Assembly: GCA_010909165.1 (NCBI GenBank)
Contig: MU008186.1
Span: 310,001 to 374,000, forward strand
Direction of reading: 5' to 3'
Source: Anthoceros angustus
Lineage: Eukaryota; Plantae; Anthocerotophyta
Length of the DNA: 64,000 nt
This document shows, piece after piece, positions 45,708 through 59,585 of this stretch (position 1 is its first letter; every line of letters begins with the position of its first letter). A program made the translations under genes and the position numbers. The notes under the pieces were generated by a model. It saw only the letters and a program-made list of their open reading frames with translations, had not been told where the DNA came from and made no database searches.

Positions 45708-48700
45708 ATGCTGGTTCCACAGCTCAAATTCGATAGTGAGCCTTACTTGAACTAGGTTCTTGTAGTTTTCTGCTCCACTGCTTTGGTGGTGTGCTATCGT
45801 GGCTGCTGAACTTACTTGACCTGCTTAATTGTCTCGAGCACAGGATGGGACCTTCTTCTTTCAGCTATTGCTTTCTTCCACGTCATAATGGCTCCCTACA
45901 CCAAAGTGGAAGAAAGTTTCAACGTTCAGGTACGTTGAGGTTGAGGGCTCTCAGAAAGTAATCTGCAGAGTGGGTTGATGTATGTGGGTAGTCTTGAATT
46001 GGGTTTATCGTGCTGAAATGCAGGCTATGCATGATATATTGTACCATCGCAGTCACCTCGGAGGGGCAAGTACTTTCACTCGTGTGTTGTTGAGCCTCGA
46101 TGTTCTAATCTATCTTTTGTAACAGCATTGGGCTGTCAACTACGTTTCTTCATCTAGAGATCGATTGTTGAGGTGAACTGATTGGAGCCGCTTTCTGCAG
46201 TATGATCACTTTGAGTTTCCGGGGGTTGTTCCACGTACATTCCTTGGTGTGTGAATCTACTGCTCTTTTTTATATATCGAGCACATCTACTGAACTTCAT
46301 GGCCTTGCCAGTGTATGTGGAGGGAACTGATCTGAGTGTGCGCTAGGTGCTCTCTCCCCGCAGGTGCCCTTGCAACAGCTGCTCTTGCATCGCCGCTTGT
46401 TTTACTGTTCAATGTGCTGCAGCTCCCAAAACTGTACTCGCTATATGCGGGTAGGATTCTGGTGAAGCTATCGGCTTTTTTTCAGCCTTCAGCTCAAAGT
46501 CCTTAACAGATTTGAGATGCCTCTCTAAGGATATGAATTTGATGTGCAGTTCGTCTTGCATTGGGTGGGATGGTACTTGCAACATTGCATACTCTCCGGG
46601 AACAGGTAAGGATGCTAGCATAGGAGACAAAAACAATTGGTTGATGAATTTCCTCGCTGATAAGAACTGTTTGAGTGTGTTGTCTTGCCCGTCGAATGTG
46701 GTTGGATTAGGATTTAGTTGGTTAAGTGCAGTTTTTTCATTTCAGGTTTCTGCCAAATTTGGACGTGATGTGGGAGTGGCATTCACGATAGTCACTGCCA
46801 CACAGTTCCATTTCTTGTTTTACTGCACTCGGCCTCTTCCAAACACATTTGCTATCGTGTTGGGTAAGTTATTAAGCTTTCTGAGTTCTGAGCTGCAGTG
46901 GTTGCCATCAGATTGGATATAGGGGCTGCAGATTTGACCTATAGATATCTCTGGTTGCTGGAGCAGTGAATTTGGCATATGCTGCCTGGATTAGGGGGGA
47001 GCCTGCAGTGGCCTTGAGATATCTGGTAGGTGATTAGTCGTGAAGTGGCTGCCCTTACAGATCCCAGTGTAGCTTTAAGTCTGGAAAGGGATTTGATTCA
47101 CACCTAAGACTGAACCGTTTGGAATGCTTGCAGGTGTTCACTACAATTGTCTTCCGATGTGACATGGTGTTGCTGTTAGTGCCGATTGGGCTAAGCTTTC
47201 TGCTGGTAGATGAAAAGGAAGCTAGAATCTATCTGATCCTAAGACTTTGCATTTTTTGAGTTCGTTACCTGATTGTTTTTTCTTGACCCCAAGTCACGTG
47301 TTTACAGTGATTATGTGTCCTAATCTAGTAGGAACAGTCCTCATTAGTTTGATCTTTCTGCGAATCACAGAGTTCATTCATCACAGTCCATAAAGCAGTA
47401 AAGCATTGCACAGCAATGGCATCGATGAGCATCGGTGAGAAAATCCAGTTGGGCATAGTTTGAATTGAGATAATTTTGACAGACGTTGCATTGGGGAATA
47501 TAGATGTGCAGCTCACAACGCCGTTTCATTTGTTGCAGGTTTGACTTTTGTCCTTGATTCCTACATGTGGCAACAGTGGGTATGGCCAGAGTTTCAAGTG
47601 TTCTGGTTCAACACTGCCCTGAACCGGAGCTCAGAGTGGGGTGTATCCTGTGGCTATGGTTTTTTCTGATTGTACCAACTGCGCCCCATTGTGGCACGGT
47701 GACATACTGTTGAGATGTGTTCCTCAATTTGAGAATCAGGTTTCCTCTACGCACTGGTATTTCACCTCAGCACTCCCGAGGGCATTGCTCATAGCGTATC
47801 CTCTGGCATGTGTGAGCTCCATCTTCCAAACCTCAAGGTGGCTGTGTTTGCAGGTGCATTTGTTCTTGCATTGCAGGCACAGGATTGACACATAATTGCA
47901 ATTAAGTTTACGGCTGACATTGCTAAATTAAAGGGGATTTTTCGAGCAAAATTCTGAGGCCTGTTCCTTGGAGAGAATAACTGTTTGAGTGGCACTAGCT
48001 TTGGTCGGATTTTGCTCACGGGTGCGTTCCTTCTGGTGACTTGACAGGTTGGTGTTGTGTTTGAACGTCGGTTGGCTGAATATCTTGGCCCTATTATAAG
48101 TTTTATTCTCCTTTACTCAAAGCTGCGACATAAGGTACTCTATCTGAGGTATTGTTGTTGAAATTGTTGAGTACCACCAGCTTCTTGTATCTCTCCCCTA
48201 TTTCAATTCAGAATCCAGAATGTGCCGCTTTGCCTGTCAGGGAGAAAATTTCTGCTGTGATGACACCAGTATTTGTTTGTCCAGGAACTGAGATTCATCC
48301 TAGTGGCAGTGCCTATGTTGAATCTTGCTGCTGCAACTGCTATCACAAGAATGTATGATGAGAAACTGCCCTTGAGACTCTTTCGGTTGTGTATACTTAC
48401 GAGCAGATTTGGTACTAGATATTTTCATATAATCTGGGTGGTTGTCTTCAGATATCATAATCGTCACAAAGCAAGATGGCATCTAATCCATCTGTTATGT
48501 GTTGGGTTGTTACTAGGAAGGTTAGACCTTGCATGCTCCCTTCTTTCTTTGTGATTTTTGCTGTGGCTCACTGACTATTTTTCCCCATGTTTAGCTCAAG
48601 GCTTGACGTATTTATCACAATCCCAGTTTTGGCATAACAGTAATTATGTCTATTGCGTCATATGCAAATTACCCTGGTGGACAAGCGATCAGAATTTTGC

Positions 48701-49409
48701 ATGAAAAGGGTAGGTTGCTTTGTCGTAGGAATGGAACAGTATCAAAGTCCTTTGCAGAACGATGACACTCTTTGATTCAAATTGTGATTCAGAATCTTTT
48801 CCGGGCAAGGAAGGTCCTTTGGCTGTGCACATCGACACCTTTGCAGCAATGACTGGAGTCTCCCGGTTTTGTGACCAAGGATCACCATGGAGGTTGTCTG
48901 TCTCTACACTTTTCTTGCCTTAATACTATTTCTGCTGAGAATAAGCCAGATTTTCTGCTCTCTTCTACACTCCCATGTTTGTCGCCAGCTATTCAAAGCA
49001 GGAGATGGACACCTTTTCATTTGGGGACAACAACTTCACCTTTCTTTTAGAGTAAGTGACCAGCTCTCTTCGTTGTTCATCAACATCCAAAATGACAGGG
49101 TCGTTGATGCCACTGACATTTACTGGATCATCACACAGCGCGACGGCAATCATTCCAGACTACAGGTGCTTGATGGGCGTTGAGGGTTACAAGCGAGCCA
49201 AGCTAGAAAAATCACTCCATCCTATACACCTGGTAAGGTTTCATAGAATGAATGCTATTACAATGACTCCTGTATTTTGACGTCATGTTTGTTTTCTGAA
49301 CCTGCTGCCTGTTAAAACCCGTTCTGCGCAGGTGATGGAGCCAGTTGTGTTCATCCACGGTCGCCTAGATAGCAACAGGGTGACTGGAATATGGCCTGGT
49401 TGCGAATGA
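45708..49409 (+). CDS. ALG12: Dol-P-Man:Man7GlcNAc2-PP-Dol alpha-1,6-mannosyltransferase
   Basis: About 20 short exons giving APYTKVEESFNVQAMHDIL, YDHFEFPGVVPRTF, QFHFLFYCTRPLPNTFA, VFRCDMVLL, NRSSEWG, WYFTSALPRAL, HKELRFI, NYPGGQA, HIDTFAAMTGVSRF; ends WPGCE*. Confidence 0.96.
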
Positions 49410-49574
49410 TGGCGGAACCGTATTGCTGGCAAGAGCGGAGGGAAGGTTTTTATTTGGTTTGCTGGGAAATCCCACGTACGTTGCTAGGCACGGTTTGAAG
49501 CACCCAAGGTCTATTCGAGGAGCTGTTTTATTTTCCATGCAAAGCGGCATGATAGAGAACCATAATAGTGTGGG

Positions 49575-52500
49575 TCAAGGGCCGAACAAGTTGTTTGGTG
49601 AACCTATCTGAATGATGTTCTCCTCGTCCTCGTCAGACTCTCCTCTTGATCCCGACGTGGGTAATAGAGGACCAAGCAGATCCGAATTTGAGTGGATGCT
49701 TGCGTTGGACAACTGCGCCCTAGTTGCAAGCGGTCTCCTCAAGCCTGCGACCTGAAACAAATGTCCTGAATTGTGGCGCACCATTTTTTTCACCAGGGAT
49801 GAGCTGGACCGAGGGCGGATGTAGTTGTCGGTGACATCGAGACTTGAATGGCTTCCTTCTAGGCCCTTTTCCTGCACACACATCCAAGGTGCAGGCATAT
49901 TGGGAAATGCAAGTTGCAACCCCGGTTTTTAAACTGACTGCAGGGAGGAGGAGGCTCGACAGCACACCTGACTTCCGAAAAGGCCGAGCTCCATTGCCCT
50001 CGCAAGGTGCAGTGAAGATCTTCGTCTGGGCACATTTTCTTCGGATCCTCCACTGCCAGATGCCACTGACCCGTTCCTGCTTGCTGCCAAGCTTGGATGG
50101 AAGATTAGAACTCGGCTTCGAGACTCCGCATGGAAGTAGGTGTTCTGGCGTCCTGCCTCCTGACTTCCTGCAGGGTTGTAGCAGCAAGAGTTCTGTTCAG
50201 AGCTGCCAAGCCTACGACACCTATAAAAAAACTCTTTCCAATCAAGCAACCAGAGCATTCACCTGTGGCTACTCCACCCGACACTGAGCTAAGGCCTGCG
50301 GGTGCTGAGATGATGATGCCTTCAACACCGTCTCGTTTCAGGTACCCTTCCAGCAGTATGCCAACCTCACCTTGATTCAAGGTGATCATTTCCCTGTCGA
50401 TAAAATTCTGCAGTCGACCGCTTGCAGAAATGAGGGCTCTCAATTCCTGGATTGTGTGATCTTCAAATACCTGGGAAAGGCAAATCTTTGCCAATGACAC
50501 CGCGCTTTCCTGCAGCATGTGGACTCGTCAGTTCACACACGGTTTTTCTTTTAACATTCAACACCGGTGATTAGTTTGCCTGGTTTGCCTTCTCACCAGC
50601 CAAAAGAAACGTTCTAGCTCGGGATCTGATCCGATTGCATGCAGCAGGATCTCCCTTTCAATGAAGAAACAGTGCACAGCCGTGTCGGTTTTGACTCTGC
50701 AGACGCGGTTTCTCCCTGTCAGAGCTTCATACAAGCCCAGTGTGGCTCCATGCGTGAAAGATGGGTGAACCACGTAGTCTACGAGGTCCTCTTTACTCCA
50801 CTGCAAGCACCAGCGGAGCGCATGTCAAACTCTAGGATCAAGGATCTCAGCAGAAAATAAATGTCAGAAGAATTGCAGGCTGCAACTGACCTTCACCACT
50901 CCATTTGCAATCAACCAAATGCCATCGGGTTTTGAACCCTCTTCGAATATAATTGAACGGCGGATTCTTACATATTCGCGAGCTGACTCTATGAGAGGCT
51001 TCTGGATGTTCTCAGGCAGTGCTCCAATCAGAGGCTGAACACTTAGCACTTCCCCGGGTGCTGGTATGTTCACGGTTGGCGGATCTCGCATTAGTTTCTT
51101 CAAATTCATCTGCAGAGACCGTAAACTTCTGTGAGGGCACTCCGTGCAAAGCCATGTGATTCAGATCTGAGCTTGTTTGCAAGCATGCACTGAGCACAGG
51201 AGAGAGATGTTAACTGACCTGAACTGTTTCATGGAGCTGAGTGGTCTCCTTCAGCTCAAGGAGCCCACAATGCTGAAGGTGGCGAATGTAGCCATTGAGA
51301 TGCTGAAGAGTTGCTCTGGAAATCTGCTTGTCCTTGATAACTCGTAACACCTGACATCATGTTCCCAGCCACCGTTCAGCAAGGGCAGAATCATCACTTG
51401 CCTAGATCAACTGCATGAGAATCCCTCACCTGCGGGAAGGTGATTCGGACATCTTCAAGGAAAGTCTGAGCAGCTGCCCCTTCTGCCTCACTCTCCTTCA
51501 AAACTCTTACAGCATAGGAACTTCCCCCTGAACCAAATTCAGCAACGACAATCAGCTGCCTTGCTTACATCACGGATTTCATACTGGACATCCTGTCTAA
51601 CCCGAGCATTGTAGAGGCAACATGTTGGCATTGAACGTAGTACCGATGAACTGGTGCAGCTGCTGCCGAGCCAATCTATGACCGCGGAGAAATGCTGCAG
51701 AGATGTAGCAGGCTAGCTCCAGTCTTTCAACCAGCAGTAAGGAAGTGAGTTTTGCAGGAAGAAAAGCCAAGTGGGTGTTCCTCCTCTGCACATATTTGTA
51801 GTGTCGTGGAAAGCGTACATAACTAGCAAGCCCTTTCCAGTCGTTGATGGGGGCGTTAGTATGAGCCACCTCGTCCACAGCGACGTTTACCGATTCCATG
51901 AGTATGATGGCTGCAGTTTGTGTGACTCTGCCCTCCTCCAGCATTCCCCAATAGGCTGCTTGCAAACCTGGAAGTTGAGGTCTACACATTGTTCACATAG
52001 CTCCTGAAGTCGATGAACTGAAACTTGAGAGCATCCAACAAGAACCCTTCATGATACTTGCCATTCAAGAAACGTATGCGAGTGTCCTGAAGAAGTAAAT
52101 CCTGCAGGTAGGTTTGAGAGGAACGTGAATTATGCGGATGGAGAGGCTTGCTTTCCTCTGGACTTGCTCTAATACAGCTCAAGTACTTGCGTACAACCAT
52201 CCAATCTCCAGGGCCAAGCTCTTCATCCTCGCCAAGCTCTGCAAATGCGCTTACAGCTTTGCTGTACATCTCATTTTCCACGAATTCGAGAATGCGTGTC
52301 TGCCCAGCATGGCAAGCAAGTTAATGTGAGCAAGCAGCATGCAACTGAAGCTGTTGGACTCTCAAATGGGATCACTGTAATACTAAGGACGAGCATATCT
52401 TCGTGAAATTTGGACCTTAGCCTCCGATGGCCTTGTGAGCTTCAGAACCTTGATCAGATGCTGAGCCGTGGATCCATTGATGATGAGGGTTAAAAACACA

Positions 52501-55087
52501 ACTCCTCCTGTAAAGAAAATGAACTATGTGCCACAATCGGAGTGCAAACACTGTTAGATCGCTGACAATTGATGACAATCGCATGTGCATTAAAGCTCTT
52601 TAAAATGACTTACCCTCGCCTCTGTTTGTTTTGATATAAAAACGTTGTCCAACGAATCCCAGTCTGCAGGTTGCTGCAGAGATGTTCAAGAGGAGAAATA
52701 GCCTCAGGAGAACGCAAATCAGACAGACTTCTGCAAAGCCATAAATCGGGATAAGAAAACTCACAGCTACAGAGAGAGCAAGAGATAGAGCAACGGCCCC
52801 TCGAAGACCAGACCATACGAGGACAGTAGCCTCCTTCCAGTCAAGCCCATAACCATAGTATCTCAACGCTGGGTACAAGATCATAACTACCAAAAATCTT
52901 GAAAGTTGTACACCCAGATAAAGAATTCCTAGATAAATCCAGTCCTGCCCTGTATCAATCAGGTAGTTTTGAATCAGATCTCAAGTCCATGTCCCTTGTA
53001 TAAGCACACTCACAGTTAAATACCACCAAAAACAACAAAGCTCACCTTCAATATTATCATACGTCCTCAGAATGCTCTCGGCTATGACTGTTCCACTGAA
53101 AACAAACCACAAATGTAGTTCACATCAACAGATGGAATCTCGCAAGCATCCTCAACGTACGTCATCAGCCACTACAGCAGAGCGGGAATCCAACCTGAGT
53201 ATAAAAATGAGGGTATTTGCAATATATGCAATCATCTCCCTGCATTACAACAACGACACGATGTGTTGGACTGCAGTTCAGGTACACACTACTGTTGCCT
53301 ACCACACTGATGTCACTTTCCGAGGCAAGGCACTGTGTTGCTTACCAAAAGTGATGAATACTCTCCTGACTTTCACCAGCAAAAGCAGTCCTTCCAAAAG
53401 CTGCAAAAAAGCTGCAGCAGTTCCTTTGACAGTCATCAAGGGTACCCCTCGTGGTCTTTAGACTGAAAGGAAGAAAGCGAGGAGAATGGATGGAGCAACC
53501 TGGCAGAAGAGCTTACATTCCAACTGTCATGACTGTGAGAACACCTGATACCCCAGCTTGATCCTCCGCCTACCAGGTAAACCAGAGTTTGTGTGTGTGC
53601 GCGTTGGAACACAACTATCCTTCAAATACAAAGTGTGCATAGAAATGACGAGCTTACAATGAAAAATGCCATGTAGCTTGCAGTAATTGTCAACGTGATC
53701 TCAAGGACTGTGTCACTAAATAGTGTTCCCACCCACAAAACCGATAAAGCTCCCACCAGCAAGCCCAATGCCACACTGCAATAGAGGTAGCTTAGGTGAG
53801 CTCAGGCAAATAGCTGAACTCTGACACTTTGAGCCAAACGACAGGAAAGGTGTAGGTTCAATACGTACGCTCCAAAAGCAACTTGAGTCAAGAATGCAAG
53901 GGTTTGCGTCGTACTGAACTGCTGGCCCGTCACCATGCTGAAAAAAAGTCTAAACACAACTATAGCCACCCTGGACACAAGACAATGAGAAAAGGAAGAA
54001 AAGTTAACATCAATTGCCCAATACAGTTTTGGCAATGAGCAACAAAACTGCATGAATACCGGATATCATGGTGGCAGATCACGCCTTCCAGGAAACATAC
54101 TAACAGCTAGAGATCATACCCGTCATTGATTAAGGATTCGCCCTCAATTATGGTGTTGAGCTTCTTGCTGGTGCCAAGCTCTTTAAGTAACGCAACAACA
54201 GCCACAGGATCCGTGGCACTCAACAAACCTCCAAGTAGAAACGATGTGGCCCAGTTCCATCCATAGGGGAAAAGGAACTAAGACAGGAGAAGGAAGGGGG
54301 GGGGTGGCCACAAAACAACGATAACAATTCAATGGACAAGAATTCAAATGTCTTGGCACATTATGCAGCCATAGCGCGTCACACAATGTGCAGCAAGATT
54401 TTGGTGAAAATAACTAACCATATTCACCAAGCCGAGACAACATGTTGAGATGACCACTCCTGGGCCAGCAAGGAGGACCATCTGGATCAAACATTTCTGT
54501 CGGACAGGCACGCGATCTCAGACTTCGTACACGGCAACATATCAGACCATGACAAAAGGACCCATCGCTGAAATCAGTTACCTTAATCTGGTGAACATCC
54601 ATCCCAAAAGAACTCTCAAATAGAAGGGCAGGCAGAAACACGAATAGAATCAGATTGGGATTGATGTCAGCCCCTGAAATGAAACAAGAACAAGGTGAGC
54701 GGAGTTGAGGCCGCATCCTCCCCACCCTGCAACACTCCATTCAATGTTAGAGCTGCACTGGTTGTTACTCACACTGCCGGATGCTGAGACCCAAGACTCC
54801 AAGGCCATGGCTTGTTCCATATTCTGCAGAAGCAAATCCAAACACCAAAATGAGCCATCCATTGAGCCACCCAAAAAACATGTAGCAAAGCGAGGGTGTG
54901 GGGAATCCGTACCCAACGCTCCAAGCCCAATTCCCAATAGTAACAATGCGACAGTATACGGAATATTTGTCCCTTTAAGGAGCTGGCGAGACACTAGTCC
55001 CAGCAAGAGAGACACTCCGAGGAAGAGTATGGCCACCTCCGGTCGACCTCCTTCCTCAACGCCATAGCCGTCAGCCTCGATTGCCAT
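49575..55087 (-). CDS. SOS1: Plasma-membrane Na+/H+ antiporter SOS1/NHX7 with cyclic-nucleotide-binding-like C-terminal domain
   Basis: More than 20 exons: IPYTVALLLLG, FLPALLFESSF, SATDPVAVVALLKELG, IIEGESLINDG, VSGVLTVMTVG, WSGLRGAVALSL, QAAYWGMLEEGR, GIWLIANGVVK, HPSFTHGATLGLYEALTG, RAMELGLFGS. Confidence 0.96.
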
Positions 55088-57670
55088 TCTACGGATCCGC
55101 AGCCCCAGCGTCACTACGTGGCTGCCCAGAAACTGGACCGGCTGAGAAAACCGCCTGAATAATCCCTGCAGCTCCGGTGCAAATATAATCTGTAAAATGG
55201 CACCCCACAACTGGCTGGCTCTGCCGCAAGGCTTCTTGTACTCCGCCTTGTCTCACGGTGCCATGCCCCAGAGATTCCCTCCCTGTTCCAGACTCCTGCT
55301 CACTGTTCCATGGCCCGACGATTTCCGTCCGTTTCCGGGCTCTGGATTCAGGCCAGCCAGAGTCGTGATCACCACACCTCGTGCTCACCCCGGCGGAATT
55401 GGAAGCAGCTGTGAGGCAGACATGGCGTGTCGTGAACTGGCAGAGACGACAGGAGGCAACGTCAGTGAAGCCTGCCGTCTCCATGGGCCTTCTTTCACAT
55501 GCAGAAGGGCTGTACGAATTGCTTAAGTCTTGCTATATCCAGCCCAGTCAGCCGATCAAATGGGAGCTCAAGCAAGTGCGGGTCAAACAGTACATATGCT
55601 TATCAGCATTGTGGGTGAGCCTTGGGAATCAGTTGGCCGGGAAGTGGGTCCTGCTCACAGGAAGAGTAAGAATCACAGTCATTGGTCATGCATGCCATAT
55701 TCATGCTCTCTCTTCCTCACCAATCCTCTCTTTCATCCACCCCTTTTAATTTTATACCCTATTAATTTGCAGGTCGCTAGCGACTCCGGATGCGCCTGAG
55801 AATCAAAGGGGGTCCCGGGTGCCGCAGCAGCTTACCTCCTCCCCCCACTTGATCCGATCCACGAAGTCCCCACCAGCACTCGACCCTAGTACCTAGTTAT
55901 ATATAGTACAAGAAAAAGAATTTTTTTAGGGTCGGTTTCTTTACAGCGAGTTATTTTTCACTCTATATAATTATGTTGATATAGTATATCTCATATTTAA
56001 ATAAATTATATTTTTATGAAGCTTTATCACGATGAATAACTATAGCATGCAATAGAACAATAATCTAACATGTCACATAACAAATAATCCAGCACATTAG
56101 GAAGCTTGTTATGATATGTAGAAAGTTATACATCTTTGTGACATGCCTCATCATTTAACACTTTTGTGCGATGTGAAGGTGTGTGAGTGTAAATTTACAG
56201 CATAGAGCGGGCTAACGTGGAAGTTGGTGGGTTATTACTGCTCGCTTGCCGTATTCAAAGGTGTGGCGGGTTGTTGCTACTTGCTGGGCGTATTAAAAGG
56301 CGTGGCTTCGTGTGCGTGTGGGATCCGGCTTGTGATTGACAACTTGAAAATAAACAAATGTATACTATTGGTACACTAATTTTGTGCACCTGAATGCAAA
56401 TCTACTCTAATAGGAGAGTTTGGAGCTCTTTTAAAGGTAATCTTAATGGCACCTTATAAATGCACAATCTGATCAAAACCAAATAGAATAGAAGCCTATC
56501 AAATCACTACTAGGTAGTGAGAAAAAAAATGTTTGAAAAAAACAAGAAAGACATTTATCTAGAAAAGGAATAGAAGAGGAAGGAATATACTTGAGTAACT
56601 TTATACTATGAAACCAATTTGAAATTATATTGCTGCTGTTGTAAAGCCCTTAAGGATCCTCTAAATTAACCTAGAATGCGCAAAAGTCTCAAATTAAGAC
56701 TTCACTCTACTTTTTTAGCCCTAACAAAAGAAACCACAAGCGAAGAAATTTCTCGCTACTTTGCAATTTTTCCCCGCCGATCATTCTCCATGAGATGAAT
56801 GCATGACCTCCAAAAAAGGACATTTGTTTGTCATGAAAAATCGTGGTGTGAATGAGACCGAATCTTAACCTCCATAGCTACCTCGTGGTCAGCTCCATTT
56901 TGAGAAGGATCGAGACAGAGCGTGGCACTCACAGTGCCTCTCTCAGCAACCGTGCCAACCGAGCATTTGAATAACACTTGCCAAGTTGTCTCCTGTTGTG
57001 GACGCATTCCCATGACTGCGCACATAACATGGCGCTTGTTTTTGGCTCACTCAGTATGCCACAGTGAGTTAGTTACTGGTTCAATGTTTCGGTGGCTCCC
57101 TTCATGTTTTATGAATTGACCTTGATGGCATTGCTTTGCCTCAATCGACTACAATTTTGTTTGATCTGCCTTGATCAGCCGCCCGAGAATGCCTATGTCA
57201 TAACGGCTATAAGGCCATAGGTTATTTAACCTTACTAATGTGGACTTTGTAATAAGTAGTGGGGCCTACCATTGAACTGCATGAATACACGACTATGAGA
57301 ACATGGAAAAAAATGCAAGATTGCGGGCGGCGATATTGGCTATGGAAGATATAAAAGAATATAAAAACTAAGGCTGATTGCGGGGTTGACATTAACAGGG
57401 ATCGAACTGGCGTCTGGCTAGTAACAGTCAAGGTTGTTCAACAACAACAACAGCAACAAATTTATGTATGTCTACTGAGGGTGGAAGGACCTGCCCATTG
57501 TCTTGCTACAAGGAAGGGAAACTGAAAACTTCTGAATACTTACATGTATATAGCCCATTTCATATTGGCGGTACATAATCTAACATGATCTTCGTGATAA
57601 GAGGACATATTTGTATTGGTTTCACAAGCACGAAATAGCCCCCACCGTGGCACATATGTGAGTGCCAAGG

Positions 57671-57743
57671 CACAATGTTTATGGATAGTCAGAAAACACT
57701 GGCCAAGTCGGCCAGTGTTTTCTGACTATCCATAAACATTGTG
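57671..57743. repeat. Perfect 34-bp inverted repeat with a 5-nt loop
   Basis: cacaatgtttatggatagtcagaaaacactggcc-aagtc-ggccagtgttttctgactatccataaacattgtg. Confidence 0.95.
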
Positions 57744-58353
57744 ATACATCCATAATGTATCCTATGCCGGCCAATCATATTTCATGATGGCCAATCGTAT
57801 TTCATGAAAAAACATAATTCTAACTCTATGTTTTACTGTGATATTATTTACTGCAAAACTCGAGGATCACGCAAGAGGCTATAACTTTCCACAAGCTACC
57901 CAGCCATAGGGCCAAGTAGAGAGTAGCTTCCAGGGTTCGCAGTGCCCAAGCCAACAGTTTCCAAGTCATCAGTTTGCAAGTCAACATTTTCCATATTGGT
58001 GCCCCCTTCCAACTTAGCTGACTCTAGTAGGACGTGAACTTGATATTCCTCCACTAACAGCGTCTATGTAGAAAGGGGTTTCTCCTGTCAAAAGGGGTTT
58101 TGGAAAAAATCCCAACCCTATTCGAGCCGGGTTGGTTTGGTTTTGTTGGTTTTTGTAGGTGTTCATCCATCGGTTTTGGGCATTCTCGGCTCCGGCACCA
58201 CTTCTTGTCGAGTCATTTACACCGCGCTGGCGCCTTGTACTCAGGTTCATGGTGATTTAGTCGGTGTGATGAAGGGCCACTGACCTCATAGTTCCATAAT
58301 TTCGTCATGTCCGTAGTTTCTGCATTTTGTGTGGTTTTGTATCTTTTTGTATA

Positions 58354-58390
58354 CTAGGGGGGCCTAGGCGCGCATAAGTGCGCGCCTAAA
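58354..58390 (-). mobile_element. Helitron 3' terminus (element extends toward higher coordinates)
   Basis: On the minus strand, a 10-bp GC-rich stem taggcgcgca/tgcgcgccta is followed a few nt later by CTAG and then T. Confidence 0.65.
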
Positions 58391-59339
58391 TAATGCTATG
58401 CGCAAACTTGTGCACACACTGTGCAAAAAGAACGCGAAAAATTATCTTCCAATGGAGAAACATGTCCTTTTGGAGGTCTGAGGATGTGTCGGAACTCCCG
58501 ACAAAATAACAAGTAGCAGACATTGGCGGAGGTTCATTTAGACCCCTCTCATATATTTATCCTATGTCATAATGCGACGAAGAACACCCTATCCCCTTTT
58601 TATCCTTTGCGGTGTTTCCGTCTCTTTCGGCGGTGACCTAGTACCGGGTTATCATCAAACATGCCAGCGGGGCCCAGCTAGGTGAACAAGTGCGTGCACC
58701 AGGGGGCAAGGGGGCCCAGGTGCGCGCACCAAGGGGCAAGGAGGCTCAGGTGCGCGCACCCAAGGTCAAGAAGGGCCTAGGAGCATGAATCCATATGGTT
58801 CATGCCTCCTAGTGCATTCCCAGACGGTTCATCCAAAGAAAAAAAGAGCAAAAATTCTAAAAAACCCCAAAAAAGTCTAATTTTAAATTTTATTTTGAAT
58901 TTTTTGGCATTTTTTGATATTTTTGTTGTTTTCAAGGGTTCCATTCTATGTTTTCTACCTTTTTTGTGCACCTCCCTAATGTGGATATGTTTCTATCTTT
59001 ACTTAGCCCTCGTTTTTTTTTCTAGTGGTTAAAACTTTGAACTAGTAGTGAGAACCTTTTGCATCTTTTGAATCTTGAGACGTTTGGCATGGGCTCAGCT
59101 CCAAGTGCAGACCATACCACTCTCATTCTCGCACTGCATGCGGATCAAGAGCATCAGGTCAACGAAGACATTATTGTCCCAATGTCTAAGAAACAAAGTC
59201 GTCTAAATTTCCTTGAGCAAGAGTATAGTCTTAATTCTGAACGTAATTGACGACAACGTTACTGGCATTTGCACCACAGGCTTTCGAATAGATTGGTTCA
59301 TCGTCATGTTCGTTCTCTAAATTAATGAAGGGTACCTCT

Positions 59340-59585
59340 GCTGCAGGATCACAACCACGAGGAATCCCTCCAACCTTCAGATTATCAAACATGAAAGCAT
59401 AAAAAATACAGCCAAGTTGGAGCTCCTTGACCCATTGCTGATTTTTTCTCCTTCTCTTTCTTGTAGACTTTCTTCAAATTCTGCACGTATTGTTTCCATT
59501 TCAACCCTATGACCTTAAACAAATAGAATTATTGGACGTCAGTGGCAATCTCATCGTAGTGTTTTTGCTTCAAGTACCCCTTGTA
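59340..59585 (-). pseudogene. Trihelix (Myb/SANT-like) domain remnant, possibly a PIF/Harbinger ORF1
   Basis: YKGYLKQKHYDEIA..VQNLKKVYKKEKEKKSAMGQGAPTWLYF..VGGIPRG; cut at its 5' side by the CACTA terminus. Confidence 0.55.

Noticed and set aside
55197-55800. Overlapping + strand ORFs upstream of SOS1
   Set aside because: No consistent start or exon chain and no recognisable domain; may be SOS1 promoter/5'UTR.
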